From contig JASCQW010000099.1 in assembly GCA_030264375.1 (NCBI GenBank), positions 36,167,739 through 36,231,738 of the forward strand: a stretch of DNA of 64,000 bases. Reading direction: 5' to 3'. The notes below the pieces were generated by a model that was not told where the DNA came from, ran no database searches, and saw only the letters and a program-made list of their open reading frames with translations. Origin of the DNA: Carcharhinus longimanus. Its lineage: Eukaryota. Position numbers and translations under genes: made by a program. This document shows, piece after piece, positions 48,201-59,569 of this stretch (positions are counted from its first letter, which is position 1; every line of letters begins with the position of its first letter).

Positions 48201-49821
48201 GCCCATGAAAACTTTACACCGTCTTCATAAGTGTCTTTATCTGTTCAGGAGTTAATGACTTATCCTCTGAAACAGTTTCCATCAATTCAGGGCTTTGTAG
48301 TTTTTATTTTCTCCCCCTTCATCTTTATCTCTCGTGGCAGAAATTGCAATTTTTTTCTTCTTTCATTGTGGAAAAGAATGAGTAACATAGATATGTATAA
48401 TGCTTTGCGTTCTTTGCTAAATTTATTTTGTTTTACAGTTGTTTACTATACCAATCTATTCTATTCACAGTCACTCTTTTATTTACGTTAAATAATAATT
48501 GTTTCCTTTGTTTCTTTTTTCTTCATTTCCTCTCTTCATTTTGCTTTCTTTAACCCTTCTTTCCCTCTTTTATGTACATCTTGCTATTAGTAGATTTAAT
48601 AGAGACAATATGGTCTGAGAACAGTAGAATTCCTTTCCCTTCATTCTATAATAATATTTCAAATTGATATTTCCCCCATCGTGACTACAGTTTTAATCAC
48701 ATCTCTTCAACCTTTTGTGTTTTTGCCTATGACTTTTGCAGCTTCTCCTAATTGTCTCAATTTACTTTTCAAAAAAAGGTGGCAATTAGTTTATAGAGCC
48801 TAGTTTACAGGATAATTTATTTTTATAAATGTACTGAAGTAGGCCAGCAATGACTCTGGAACTCAGACTCCAAATTGGGAAGATACCAGCGGGATGCTCC
48901 GGTCCCATTGCTGTGAATGGAAATTTGGCAGAACACCACATTTTTTGTCCTCACTGGCAACAGTGGTGAGGCATGAATGGCCATAGTTACATTTATTTTC
49001 TTTAGGGGAAAAGAAAATTGCGTTGAGAATAGATTTTCAAAATCGATATAACTGCTGAAAAGTATTTATGTAAGCAGATTATGCAAACACATAATTGCAT
49101 TGATTTGGAAAGACCTAAATGAATAAGGCTCTTGCATTTTTATACCTTTCATAATATTTCAAAATGTTTTACTTCCGATGAAGACACATTGTAATGAATG
49201 ATTTTCAGATTTCAGGGATGAGTATACACTTGGATAATGAAATATTCTTCAGAGTGCATGTTTTCATCTTAATGGAAGTATTAGAATGTAGTTGCTCAAA
49301 TACTCCCTTTCTGCAGGTGTCTACCGCCCAAATCCCTGACGTAATACTGCTTCCCACTTGACTCTTCCACCTCCTATTTCCTGTCCAGCAGGTTCTGTGA
49401 CTTAACAACACCTTGCCTCCTGCAGATTTAAACTTAAAATTTGGAGGATGTGCTAGGTATAAGGCCTCACAGTATAGCAGGTAGAACATCACAGTTGACT
49501 TGAATATAACAGGTGAGTCAGCAAACATGGAACAATCACTGCCTTCAGTTCATAGGAACAATGTTGAAGGTCATTAAAATATATCACCCCAGGACTGGAG
49601 TGATAAATTTAAGCAGATTATTTGTCATTTATCTGTTTAAATGGACTTTACAGTTTTGGAACTGACATAATTTTGTCAAATTTGACCCATGTCTATGAAA
49701 TTGAAATGAAGCTTGAACTTCTACCTATTCATTAAACTAGTTTTTTGTTTCTATACAGATATGCAAATCAAATGGCAGTGTGTTTTAAGAATTTTTAAAA
49801 AAAATTTCTCCTTTTTCTTAG

Positions 49822-49887
49822 TACTCAGAGGATATAAAGCATAAAACAACTCTACTGGAACTACAAAAGATGTTCACGTATCTCATG
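49822..49887 (+). CDS. USP34: USP34 coding exon (YSEDIKHKTTLLELQKMFTYLM)
   Basis: tcttag| ... ATG|gtgagt; 66 nt. Confidence 0.96.
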
Positions 49888-49985
49888 GTGAGTGTTTAAC
49901 TGGATTATACAATTCCTACAGAAGGAAAATATTGCACATGCTACAAATCAGATTAATTTCTAATCAGAAATCAAAACAGAAATTG

Positions 49986-50509
49986 ATTGGAGGGAGTGCA
50001 GAGGAGGTTTACTAGGCTGATACCGGAGTTGAGGGGGTTGAGCTATGAGGAGAGGCTGAATNNNNNNNNNNNNNNNNNNNNNNNNNNNNNNNNNNNNNNN
50101 NNNNNNNNNNNNNNNNNNNNNNNNNNNNNNNNNNNNNNNNNNNNNNNNNNNNNNNNNNNNNNNNNNNNNNNNNNNNNNNNNNNNNNNNNNNNNNNNNNNN
50201 NNNNNNNNNNNNNNNNNNNNNNNNNNNNNNNNNNNNNNNNNNNNNNNNNNNNNNNNNNNNNNNNNNNNNNNNNNNNNNNNNNNNNNNNNNNNNNNNNNNN
50301 NNNNNNNNNNNNNNNNNNNNNNNNNNNNNNNNNNNNNNNNNNNNNNNNNNNNNNNNNNNNNNNNNNNNNNNNNNNNNNNNNNNNNNNNNNNNNNNNNNNN
50401 NNNNNNNNNNNNNNNNNNNNNNNNNNNNNNNNNNNNNNNNNNNNNNNNNNNNNNNNNNNNNNNNNNNNNNNNNNNNNNNNNNNNNNNNNNNNNNNNNNNN
50501 NNNNNNNNN
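49986..50509 (+). mobile_element. CR1 LINE 3' insertion, mostly gap
   Basis: LEGVQRRFTRLIPELRGLSYEERL. Confidence 0.85.
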
Positions 50510-50524
50510 GGAACAGAATAGAGG

Positions 50525-50790
50525 CTGACTCTTAATATTGTTGAATCCAGAATGTTTGTAATGTGCCCAATTGAAAGGTGAAGTGCTGTTCCTCAAGCTT
50601 GCATTGGAATATTGCAGAGGACTGAGAACAGAGGCCAGCTTATGAGCAAGGAGAATTAAAATGCCAGGCCACTTGAAGCTCGGGCTCATTTCAAATTTTC
50701 CAAATCCTGATGAAAGGTCACAGATATGAAATATTATCTCTATCTCTTGATCCTGCCAGACCCGTTGAATATTTCCAGTCTCTATTTGTA
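50525..50790. mobile_element. Old Penelope-like fragment of a second family (antisense EN tail plus pLTR remnant)
   Basis: Minus-strand KLEEQHFTFQLG-like frame; CTGATGAAAGGTCACAGATATGAAA remnant at 50707. Confidence 0.55.
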
Positions 50791-50868
50791 ATAAGGACTA
50801 ATATTGATAGCAGAGATTAATTTAATACTCTAAATGATTAATTCTTTTTGAAATATCTACTTCTTTAG

Positions 50869-51015
50869 GAAAGTGAGCGCAAAGCATATAATCCAAGACC
50901 ATTCTGCAAAACCTACACCATGGACAAACAACCATTGAACACTGGGGAACAGAAAGATATGACTGAATTTTTCACTGATTTGATTACAAAAATTGAAGAA
51001 ATGTCACATGACTTG
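50869..51015 (+). CDS. USP34: USP34 coding exon (ESERKAYNPRPFCKTYTMDKQPLNTGEQKDMTEFFTDLITKIEEMSHDL)
   Basis: ctttag| ... TTG|gtaaat; contains the QxD box of the USP fold. Confidence 0.97.
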
Positions 51016-51102
51016 GTAAATTTGAAACTTTTTTTGTATTTGCTTAAAATCAGAAAAAAGCTATTATTTGTCTAAAAGTGTCCTGATTTTTTTTTAAATT
51101 AG

Positions 51103-51159
51103 AAAAACACAGTGAAAAGCTTATTTGGAGGCGTTATAACGAATAATGTAGTATCATTG
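51103..51159 (+). CDS. USP34: USP34 coding exon (KNTVKSLFGGVITNNVVSL)
   Basis: aattag| ... TTG|gtaagt; 57 nt. Confidence 0.96.
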
Positions 51160-51264
51160 GTAAGTGTGCTTAATTTTTGAAATGTCAGAAAGTTCAGCAT
51201 CTTTTCTAATGAAAGCTAGTAGTGTCTGGTAAATTTTAAAATTGCAACTTTTTTTAAAATCCAG

Positions 51265-51342
51265 GATTGTGAACATGTTAGCCAGACAGCTGAGGAATTC
51301 TACACAGTTAGATGCCAAGTAGCTGACATGAAAAACATCTAT
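51265..51342 (+). CDS. USP34: USP34 coding exon (DCEHVSQTAEEFYTVRCQVADMKNIY)
   Basis: atccag| ... TAT|gtgagt; 78 nt. Confidence 0.96.
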
Positions 51343-51875
51343 GTGAGTTTTGTCTAATTTTGTAAGATTAAAGCAATGCAAATTTGTTTATGTATTAATT
51401 TTCAAAAACAATGAAGATGAAAGATTTTCAAAAGGCTAGTAAAAATGGAAGCATTACAGGATATTTCAAAATGCCCACCATCACCCCTCATGTCATGTCT
51501 GCTTAATATTTTTAGAATAAAATATAATGAGGCACAATGTTGGTGAGCCCTGTAACCGACAAAACTATACATGTGTTATTGTTTATTCGTTGAATTATTG
51601 CCTACGTTAAAATGTAATCAATGATAACTATTGCAGGAGAAAAAGAACTAGCATTTTTAAAAATAATTGTATTTCTTTGTAATCTCAGATATTTTGCTTT
51701 CCCGTGACTAAATAATTTTCTGCACCAAAAGGGATATTTTATGATTCTACTAAAATTGCACTGTGGTTCTTATTGACGTGGATTAGATCTGATTTTTAAA
51801 TGCCTTGAAGTCAATATAATATGTTGCGCTTATTTTTAATTCTATAGCGCAACATTTAGATATATTTTACTGTCT

Positions 51876-52335
51876 GGGTCGGCCTCGGCTCATTTGGTAC
51901 CACTCTGAGCTCTGAGTTACGTGGTTCTGGGTTTGTATCTAACTCTGGGGTTTGTGCACAAAAATATGCACTGATATGAAGTGTAATATGGAGAGGGTGC
52001 TGCACTGTCAGAGGTGCCACCTTTCTGATGAGAAGTTAAACTGAGGCAGCATCTGATTTCTCGGGTAGATGTAAAAGATCCTATGGCATAATTTCAAGGA
52101 AGAATAGGGGAGTTATCTTGTGGTATCCTGATCAGTATTTTTCTTCAAATGACAACACAAACTCAAGATCATCTATCCTTATCACACCGTGGGAGTTTGC
52201 TGTGTGCGAATTGGCTGCTTTGTTTCCTAGTTTACAGCAATGACTATGCTTCAAAAAGTGCTTCATTGGCTGTAAAGTGCTTTGAGATTGTCTGGTGGTT
52301 GTGAAAGGTGATATATAAATATGTGATTCTTTTTC
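51876..52335 (+). mobile_element. Deu-SINE (SacSINE1-like), near full length
   Basis: tRNA-like head, Deu-domain GCTGCACTGTCAGAGGTGCC..GATGAG..TTAAAC..GTAAAAGATCC, tail GTGAAAGGTGATATATAAAT. Confidence 0.8.
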
Positions 52336-52338
52336 TAG

Positions 52339-52433
52339 GAGTCACTTGATGAAGTTACTATCAAAGATACTCTGGAAGGTGATAACATGTATACTTGTTC
52401 CCAATGTGGAAAGAAAGTACGGGCTGAGAAAAG
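52339..52433 (+). CDS. USP34: USP34 coding exon (ESLDEVTIKDTLEGDNMYTCSQCGKKVRAEK-R)
   Basis: ttctag| ... AG|gtttga; CxxC of the fingers subdomain. Confidence 0.96.
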
Positions 52434-52599
52434 GTTTGATTTAACTGTAAAAACATTTGGCTGCTTTCACTTAACTGTTCCGCTGTAATATCCTTTACAG
52501 TGTAAAATTTTAAAATCAATAAGCATGATGGTAGTTCTTAAACGTTCAACAGTATGACCGCTAATAGATTTTGAGTAATGGAAATTGCTGAGGAACTGG

Positions 52600-55500
52600 N
52601 NNNNNNNNNNNNNNNNNNNNNNNNNNNNNNNNNNNNNNNNNNNNNNNNNNNNNNNNNNNNNNNNNNNNNNNNNNNNNNNNNNNNNNNNNNNNNNNNNNNN
52701 NNNNNNNNNNNNNNNNNNNNNNNNNNNNNNNNNNNNNNNNNNNNNNNNNNNNNNNNNNNNNNNNNNNNNNNNNNNNNNNNNNNNNNNNNNNNNNNNNNNN
52801 NNNNNNNNNNNNNNNNNNNNNNNNNNNNNNNNNNNNNNNNNNNNNNNNNNNNNNNNNNNNNNNNNNNNNNNNNNNNNNNNNNNNNNNNNNNNNNNNNNNN
52901 NNNNNNNNNNNNNNNNNNNNNNNNNNNNNNNNNNNNNNNNNNNNNNNNNNNNNNNNNNNNNNNNNNNNNNNNNNNNNNNNNNNNNNNNNNNNNNNNNNNN
53001 NNNNNNNNNNNNNNNNNNNNNNNNNNNNNNNNNNNNNNNNNNNNNNNNNNNNNNNNNNNNNNNNNNNNNNNNNNNNNNNNNNNNNNNNNNNNNNNNNNNN
53101 NNNNNNNNNNNNNNNNNNNNNNNNNNNNNNNNNNNNNNNNNNNNNNNNNNNNNNNNNNNNNNNNNNNNNNNNNNNNNNNNNNNNNNNNNNNNNNNNNNNN
53201 NNNNNNNNNNNNNNNNNNNNNNNNNNNNNNNNNNNNNNNNNNNNNNNNNNNNNNNNNNNNNNNNNNNNNNNNNNNNNNNNNNNNNNNNNNNNNNNNNNNN
53301 NNNNNNNNNNNNNNNNNNNNNNNNNNNNNNNNNNNNNNNNNNNNNNNNNNNNNNNNNNNNNNNNNNNNNNNNNNNNNNNNNNNNNNNNNNNNNNNNNNNN
53401 NNNNNNNNNNNNNNNNNNNNNNNNNNNNNNNACTTTCTTCACTGTCCACTATGCCACCAATCTTAGTATCATCTGCAAACTTACTAACCATGCCTCCTAT
53501 ATTCTCATTCAAATCATTAATATCAATGACAAATAACAGTGAACCCAGCACTGATCCCTGAGGCACACCGCTGGTCACAGGCCTCCAGTTTGAAAAACAT
53601 TCCTCTACAACCACCCTCTGGCTTCTGTCAAGAAGCCAATTTTGTATCCATTTAGCAACCTCACCCTGGATCCAGCGAGATTTAACCTTATGCAACAACT
53701 CTACCATACGGTACCTTGTCAAAGGCCTTGCTGAAATCCATGTAGACAACATCAACTGCACTGCCATTATCAACCTTCTTCGTTACCCCTTCAAAAAACT
53801 CAATCAAACTTGTGAGATATGATTTTCCACTCACAAAGCCATGCTGACAGTCTCAAATCAGTCCTTGCATCTCTAAATGCCTGTAGATCCTGTCTCTCAA
53901 AATACCTTCCAACAATTTACTCACCACAGACGCGAGGCTCACTGGCCTGTAGTTTCCAGGCTTTTTCCTGCAGCCCTTTTTAAACAAAGGCACAACATTT
54001 GCCACTCTCCAATCTTCAGGCACCTCACCCGTGGCTATTGCTGATTCAAGTATCTCAGCTAGGGGACCCGCAATTTCCTCCCTAGCCACAAGGGAAGTAT
54101 ACCTGATGAAGTATATCCTGGGATACACTTCATCAGGTCCTGGGGATTTACCTACCTTGTTGCGCTTTAAAACTTACAGCACCCCCTTCTCTGTAATGTG
54201 TACACTCCTCAAGACATCACTATTTATTTCCCCAAGTTCTCTAACATCCATGCTTTTCTCAACAGTAAATACTAATGAGAAATATTCATTTAGAATCTCA
54301 CCCATTTCTTGTGGATCCACACATAGATAACCTTGTTTATCCTTAAGAGGCCCTACTCTCTCCCTTGTTACTCTTTTTGCCCTTTATGTATTTGTGGAAG
54401 CACTTTGGATTCTCCGTTTCCTTATCTGCCACACAATTTTGTGTCCCCTTCTTGCCCTCCTGATTTCTGTCTTAACTCTACTCCCACACACCCTATACTC
54501 TTGAAGAGATTCACTTGATCCCAACTGCTTATGCATGTCATATGCCTCTTTCTTCTTCTTGACCAGGGCCTCAATATCCCGAGTCATCCACGGTCCCTGA
54601 CTTCTGGCAGCCTTGCCCTTCACTCGAAGAAGAACGTATTTACCCTGAACCCTGGTTAACACACTTCTGAAAGTGTGCCACTTACCAGAAATCCCTTTGC
54701 CTTCCCACAGACTCCCCCCATTAACTTTTGAAAGTTCCTGCCTAATACCATCAAAATTGATCTTGCCCCAGTTTAGAATTTTAACTTTTGGGACACATCT
54801 ATCATTCTCCTTAGCTATCTTCAAACTTATTGAATTTTGTTCATTTGTCTCAAAGTGATCCCTCAATAACACTCCTGTCACCTGCCCTTCCTTATTTTCC
54901 AAGAGGAGGTCAGCTTTTGCTCCTCTAGTTTGCCATTCACATACTGAATGAGAAATTCCTCCTGATCACACTCAAGAAATTTCTCTCCATCCAACCCCCT
55001 ACTACTGTTGCTGTCCCAGTCAATGTTGGGAAAATTAAAATCTCCGACTATTACCATCCTATTTTTCTTGGAGCTATCTGTAATCTCGTTACATATTTGC
55101 TCCTCAATTTCCTGCTGACTATTAGGGTTGTACTACAGGCCCCCAATCGGTAATTTCCCCCTTCTTGTTTCTTAGTTCTACCCATATAGACTCAGTGGCC
55201 GAACCCTCGGATATATCGCCTCTCAGTACAGCCATGATGTTTTCCCTAATCAAAAGTGCAACTCTCCCTACTCTCTTACCTCCTGTTCTATCTTTCCTAC
55301 AGCATCTGTATCCTAGAACATCAAGCTGCCAGTCCTGTCCTTCCCTTAGTCATGTTTCAGTAATTGCTATAATATCCCAGTCCCATGTACCCATCAATGC
55401 TCTGAGTTTGTCTGCCTTGCCCATCAGGCCTCTTGCATTGAACTAAATGCAGTTTAATCTGGATTTCCCTTGGTCTCTGTTTTGCTTCTATCTGATCTTC

Positions 55501-55985
55501 CTGATACTAGGATTACTGATACTGCCTTTACTAATTAATGTTGCTCTCTTTAACTTCTGTGCTGACCTCAAACTTCTCTTCAGTCTCCCTACTGCTTTCA
55601 ATCCCACCTCCTTGCCAAACTAGTTTAAACTCTCCTGAGTGGCTCTAACAACTCTCCCTGCCAGGATGTTAGTCCCCCTCCAGTTCAAATATAACCCATC
55701 CCTCTTGAACAGATCAGCCCTTCCCCAGAAAAGATCCTAATGATCCAAAAATCTAAATCCCTACTCCCTGTGCCAGCTCTCAAGCCAGGCATTCATCTGC
55801 ATAATCCTCCTCATTCTCCTCTCACTAGCACGTGGGTACTGGTAGTAGTCCTGAAGTTACTACTTTTGAGGTCCTGCTCATTAGCCTTTTGCCTAATTCT
55901 CTATATTCACATTTCAGGACCTCATCCTTTTTCCCACCTATGTTGTTGGTACCAATATGTACAACGACCTCTGGCTCCTCACCCG
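52600..55985 (-). mobile_element. CR1/HER1 LINE, at least 3.4 kb (end of ORF1, APE, RT; 3' end in gap)
   Basis: EVPEDWRVANVVPLFKKG, NYRPVSL, GVPQGSVLG and SKFADDTK; frameshifted. Confidence 0.93.
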
Positions 55986-56771
55986 GAGAACTGAAATGAT
56001 TTCATATTTATTGATACTGTGCATATGAGAGCTCTTTCTCAGCATGGTGGGGTACTTAACTAAATGATTAGGGATACTGGCATTGTAGTTGGCAATTACG
56101 CTTTAACAGAGTGCATCAACAGCTGGTTCATTTTTATACAGAAGAAGGAGATGAGGGTGAACTGAAAGCCATCCCCAAGGCTGAGGTTTGAAATAATAGG
56201 AACATCTGATGATGGAATAGTATGATTAGTTAAGAAATTAATGAGAAACATCATACAGCTAAATCCTGTTTCTACATGATATCATTTTACAGAATGAAAG
56301 TGATTAGGTTCTAAACTGAGTTACACATGCCGCTCCCCTCAAACATATGAAATCACTCGAATACAGACTATCTTGTTCAATAATCAACACAATTATTTCC
56401 AAAAAATGATCTCTAAATTTTACATCCTCATCATTGCCTACTGTAAAGAAACGAGTTTCTCTTGCAATGCAAGAAAGTGGAAACATTATTAAGATATTAA
56501 TATCTTTGTGTATTTTACTAAACTTTAGGGGTGAACTGCTCAATACTGGTTTTAAGGAAAATCCTTTTTCACAGAATGAACTTGGCCCTGACCCATTTCG
56601 TAAAAATAGCATTTACCTGTAATGAAAAGTAGGAAGAGAAGGACAGTGTGCTTTGAGAGAAGCTCCTTGGCTGGCTGAGGTTCTCTCTGTCCCTTGGAAG
56701 TGCTTGAAGTAAAGTCTTTACTTGGTGGAGGGGAGGAAAATATTTCCACAGCTTCAAGTAAAGATTTTACT

Positions 56772-56911
56772 TCTACTTTTTTCCTATTTCACACAGGTAA
56801 CATCAAAATTGAAATGTAGTACCATGGTGGACGGGAGGAAAATATTTCCACAGCTTCATGGTACTACATCTCAATTTTGATGTTACCTGTGTGAAATAGG
56901 AAAAAAATAGA
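56772..56911. repeat. ~55-bp inverted repeat with a 30-nt spacer
   Basis: 56772-56826 vs 56857-56911, 2 mismatches. Confidence 0.92.
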
Positions 56912-56987
56912 TGGCATGTCTTTGCCTGAGATATAATAATCTGTTTTAAGTTAAACAAATTATTGCTAAATAAAAGCAAGTTACTGT

Positions 56988-57108
56988 AGAAAACAGAAAA
57001 TGCTGGAAAATCTCTAGGTCTAATAGCATCTGTGGAGGGAGAACAGATAACACTTCCAGTCTGGATGACTCTTCATCGGAGCTTTCCACAGATGCTGTAA
57101 GACCTGCC
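56988..57108 (-). mobile_element. Short Penelope pLTR-derived repeat with a degenerate hammerhead remnant
   Basis: AAAACAGAAAATGCTGGAAA..GCATCTGTGGA..GACTCTTCATCGG..TCCACAGATGCT. Confidence 0.55.
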
Positions 57109-57202
57109 CTAATATCACTCAATAATTTAACAAAGGCATGAACTGTGCTCATTCCGTTCCATTGTGCATTTATAGTGACGAGACATATTTTGTCTTTCAC
57201 AG

Positions 57203-57375
57203 AGCTTGTTTCAAGAAATTACCTCGAATATTAAGTTTCAATACCATGCGATACACTTTCAATATGGTTACAATGATGAAAGAAAAAGTCAATACTCACT
57301 TCTCTTTCCCTCTGCGCCTTGACATGACACCATATACTGAAGATTATCTAATGGGCAAAAATGACCGCATAGATG
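57203..57375 (+). CDS. USP34: USP34 coding exon (ACFKKLPRILSFNTMRYTFNMVTMMKEKVNTHFSFPLRLDMTPYTEDYLMGKNDRID)
   Basis: tcacag| ... G|gtactg; 173 nt, phase 2/1. Confidence 0.97.
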
Positions 57376-58108
57376 GTACTGTAATGATTTTATCCAGTTT
57401 AATAGTACAGCTTCACTGCAAATTAAAATAATTTTAATTATTCAGTTTTGCTTTGAAATGTATATTCATCATTCTCTGATTTTAAGTAATTACTTTTGAT
57501 ACGTCTTACTGATGGTAATTTTCAAGATATAAAATGCAGTTTCTTTCAATGATTTCTACTAATTGAGGTTTTCTTTTTGTGGTTTTGCATTTTCTGAAAT
57601 TGAGCCTTAGATGCAAACTTCAAAATCACAATAATTATAGCTACAGATTCTTGTAGTAGGTTAAAGAAGGCTAACACTGATCCATCTTTAAAAGGAATTA
57701 GAAAGCTAAGTGGGGTAAATCTGTGCAAGTTCTCTTTCTAACATGTATTTTTTGGTAAATTGTGAAAAATGTTGTATTCTTGAGCTGTCCTTCAAATGCA
57801 CAGTGCCATTTGTCATAAATTGGTCAAAAATATTGTTTTATGTGTCTTTTAGCTTCATAGAAGGTTGAAGATTTCCTGTATCTGATTCCTTTACCTATTG
57901 CCCTGACAGAATAAGTTAAAAGGGCTTCTTTCTTTTGTCCTGGAGTTACTGTATCAATTTCCACCAGTTTGATGCTGCTACATGCTCATTGATAAAGGAC
58001 TTTCCGGTATTTAAGTCAAGAGCATAGCAATCTTTATAATTAAACGAAAAAAAACTGTACCTGGTAATGCTATGCTGAAGTGAACTATGTTTTGAATTGT
58101 CATTCTAG

Positions 58109-58259
58109 GTTTCAAAGAAAATGGTGAAGTTAAACAAAGTGAAAGCTTTGAGTATGATTTGATAGGAGTAACAGTGCACACAGGGACAGCAGATGGAGGC
58201 CATTACTACAGTTTTATCAGAGATATTGTGAATCTTCATGGATATAAAAATAACAAATG
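58109..58259 (+). CDS. USP34: USP34 coding exon with the His box (FKENGEVKQSESFEYDLIGVTVHTGTADGGHYYSFIRDIVNLHGYKNNK)
   Basis: ttctag| ... TG|gtaagc; catalytic His codon CAT at 58201-58203. Confidence 0.97.
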
Positions 58260-58318
58260 GTAAGCAGATTTTTATTGTGCCATATTTTAAAAATTCAGTT
58301 ATATAAACTAGTAATGAA

Positions 58319-58455
58319 CATAGAACATAGAACATTACAGCGCAGAACAGGCCCTNNNNNNNNNNNNNNNNNNNNNNNNNNNNNNNNNNNNNNNNNNNNN
58401 NNNNNNNNNNNNNNNNNNNNNNNNNNNNNNNNNNNNNNNNNNNNNNNNNNNNNNN
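58319..58455 (-). mobile_element. CR1 insertion (tail visible, remainder in gap) with 12-bp TSD
   Basis: CATAGAACATAGAACATTACAG tail; ACTAGTAATGAA at 58307-58318 and 58456-58467. Confidence 0.85.
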
Positions 58456-58656
58456 ACTAGTAATGAAGACAGCAACGTTCTGTATTTTCTTTCTTGTAAC
58501 ATTTCTGTATTTATTAATGCTTAAAATGCCTTAATTATTGGCTTCATACCAACTAAATGAAACTTGTGCGCAAGTATTTTTAAGATTCTGAGTAACACTC
58601 TGGCTACAAACTTAATAGCATTGGTTTTAAGAGTTGTAGTTTTGCCTTTTTTTTAG

Positions 58657-58735
58657 GTATCTATTTAATGATGCTGAGGTAAAGCCATTTGATTCTACCC
58701 AACTTGCCTCTGAATGCTTTGGTGGAGAAATGACA
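58657..58735 (+). CDS. USP34: USP34 coding exon (WYLFNDAEVKPFDSTQLASECFGGEMT)
   Basis: ttttag| ... ACA|gtaagt; WxxFND motif. Confidence 0.97.
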
Positions 58736-59569
58736 GTAAGTTATATTATGTTTTCTGTAAAAGAGAAGTAAATGCAAGTGGTAATGTTACTCCTTTTCTA
58801 GCATTCACTTTTCTGTCCCTTGAATCACAATAATTGTACTTCAGCATATTTTGTTCCTCTGCTTAATTAGAATACTTAGTTGAATTGAGCAAGCCCCATG
58901 ATTGAGAACGTTATTTCTGTTCAAGTCCTTCCTTTTAGTTGGGTGCTCACAAAGCAGGCCATTACATAGGAAATATATACATCCATAGTGACATCATTTA
59001 CCCTAGTAGGAAAAATATGTTGCAGTTGGAAGTGAGCACCAAATTATTTGTCTAGAAACTAAGTAATTTAGAGCAAAAATATGCTAAAAAGAATAAATAA
59101 ATTAAGCAAGTTGATAATTTTACAGAAGCATTTCCTTTATTTTCAGTGCATGTTTTGGGTAGAAGAGACTAGCATTGAAATATGTGTTAAATAATTTTTC
59201 TGGGTTATTTCTGTTTTTTCAAAAAATCTCTTTTTCCAAATTTTGAGGCTGATAGCATTGTGAAAAGAAGCAATGCCAACTTTACAAATTAATTCACCTG
59301 GCCTTTGCCTGATAACCCATTTTCTGTTGCGCTTGTGATAATTTATTACTGATGAGAATAGATTATGTTGATTAGGAAGGTGGTAATGAAAATGACCGTA
59401 AACTGAATTTTCTAATTTTGGGAACTCTGATAATCATTTGGGTTCATCGGTTGACTATAACAGCTTGGATTGGAGATTTTCAAAGCTGGATTGATGGTGC
59501 CACTGGGAAAAATAATGTGCAGCTCAGTCAAGGTGTCAAAAGGTTCCTTATCTCAAAGTGTACATGTAT

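Noticed and set aside
49987-53773. Long ORFs of 182-411 aa in the ORF track
   Set aside because: They run through N gaps; the real parts are CR1 fragments.
54101-54125. CTGATGA as a hammerhead core or snoRNA box
   Set aside because: No helix II/GAAA follows; it is an inverted copy of adjacent CR1 sequence.
52593-55993. GAACTG on both sides of the large CR1 as a TSD
   Set aside because: Only 6 bp and adjacent to a gap, so it cannot be confirmed.
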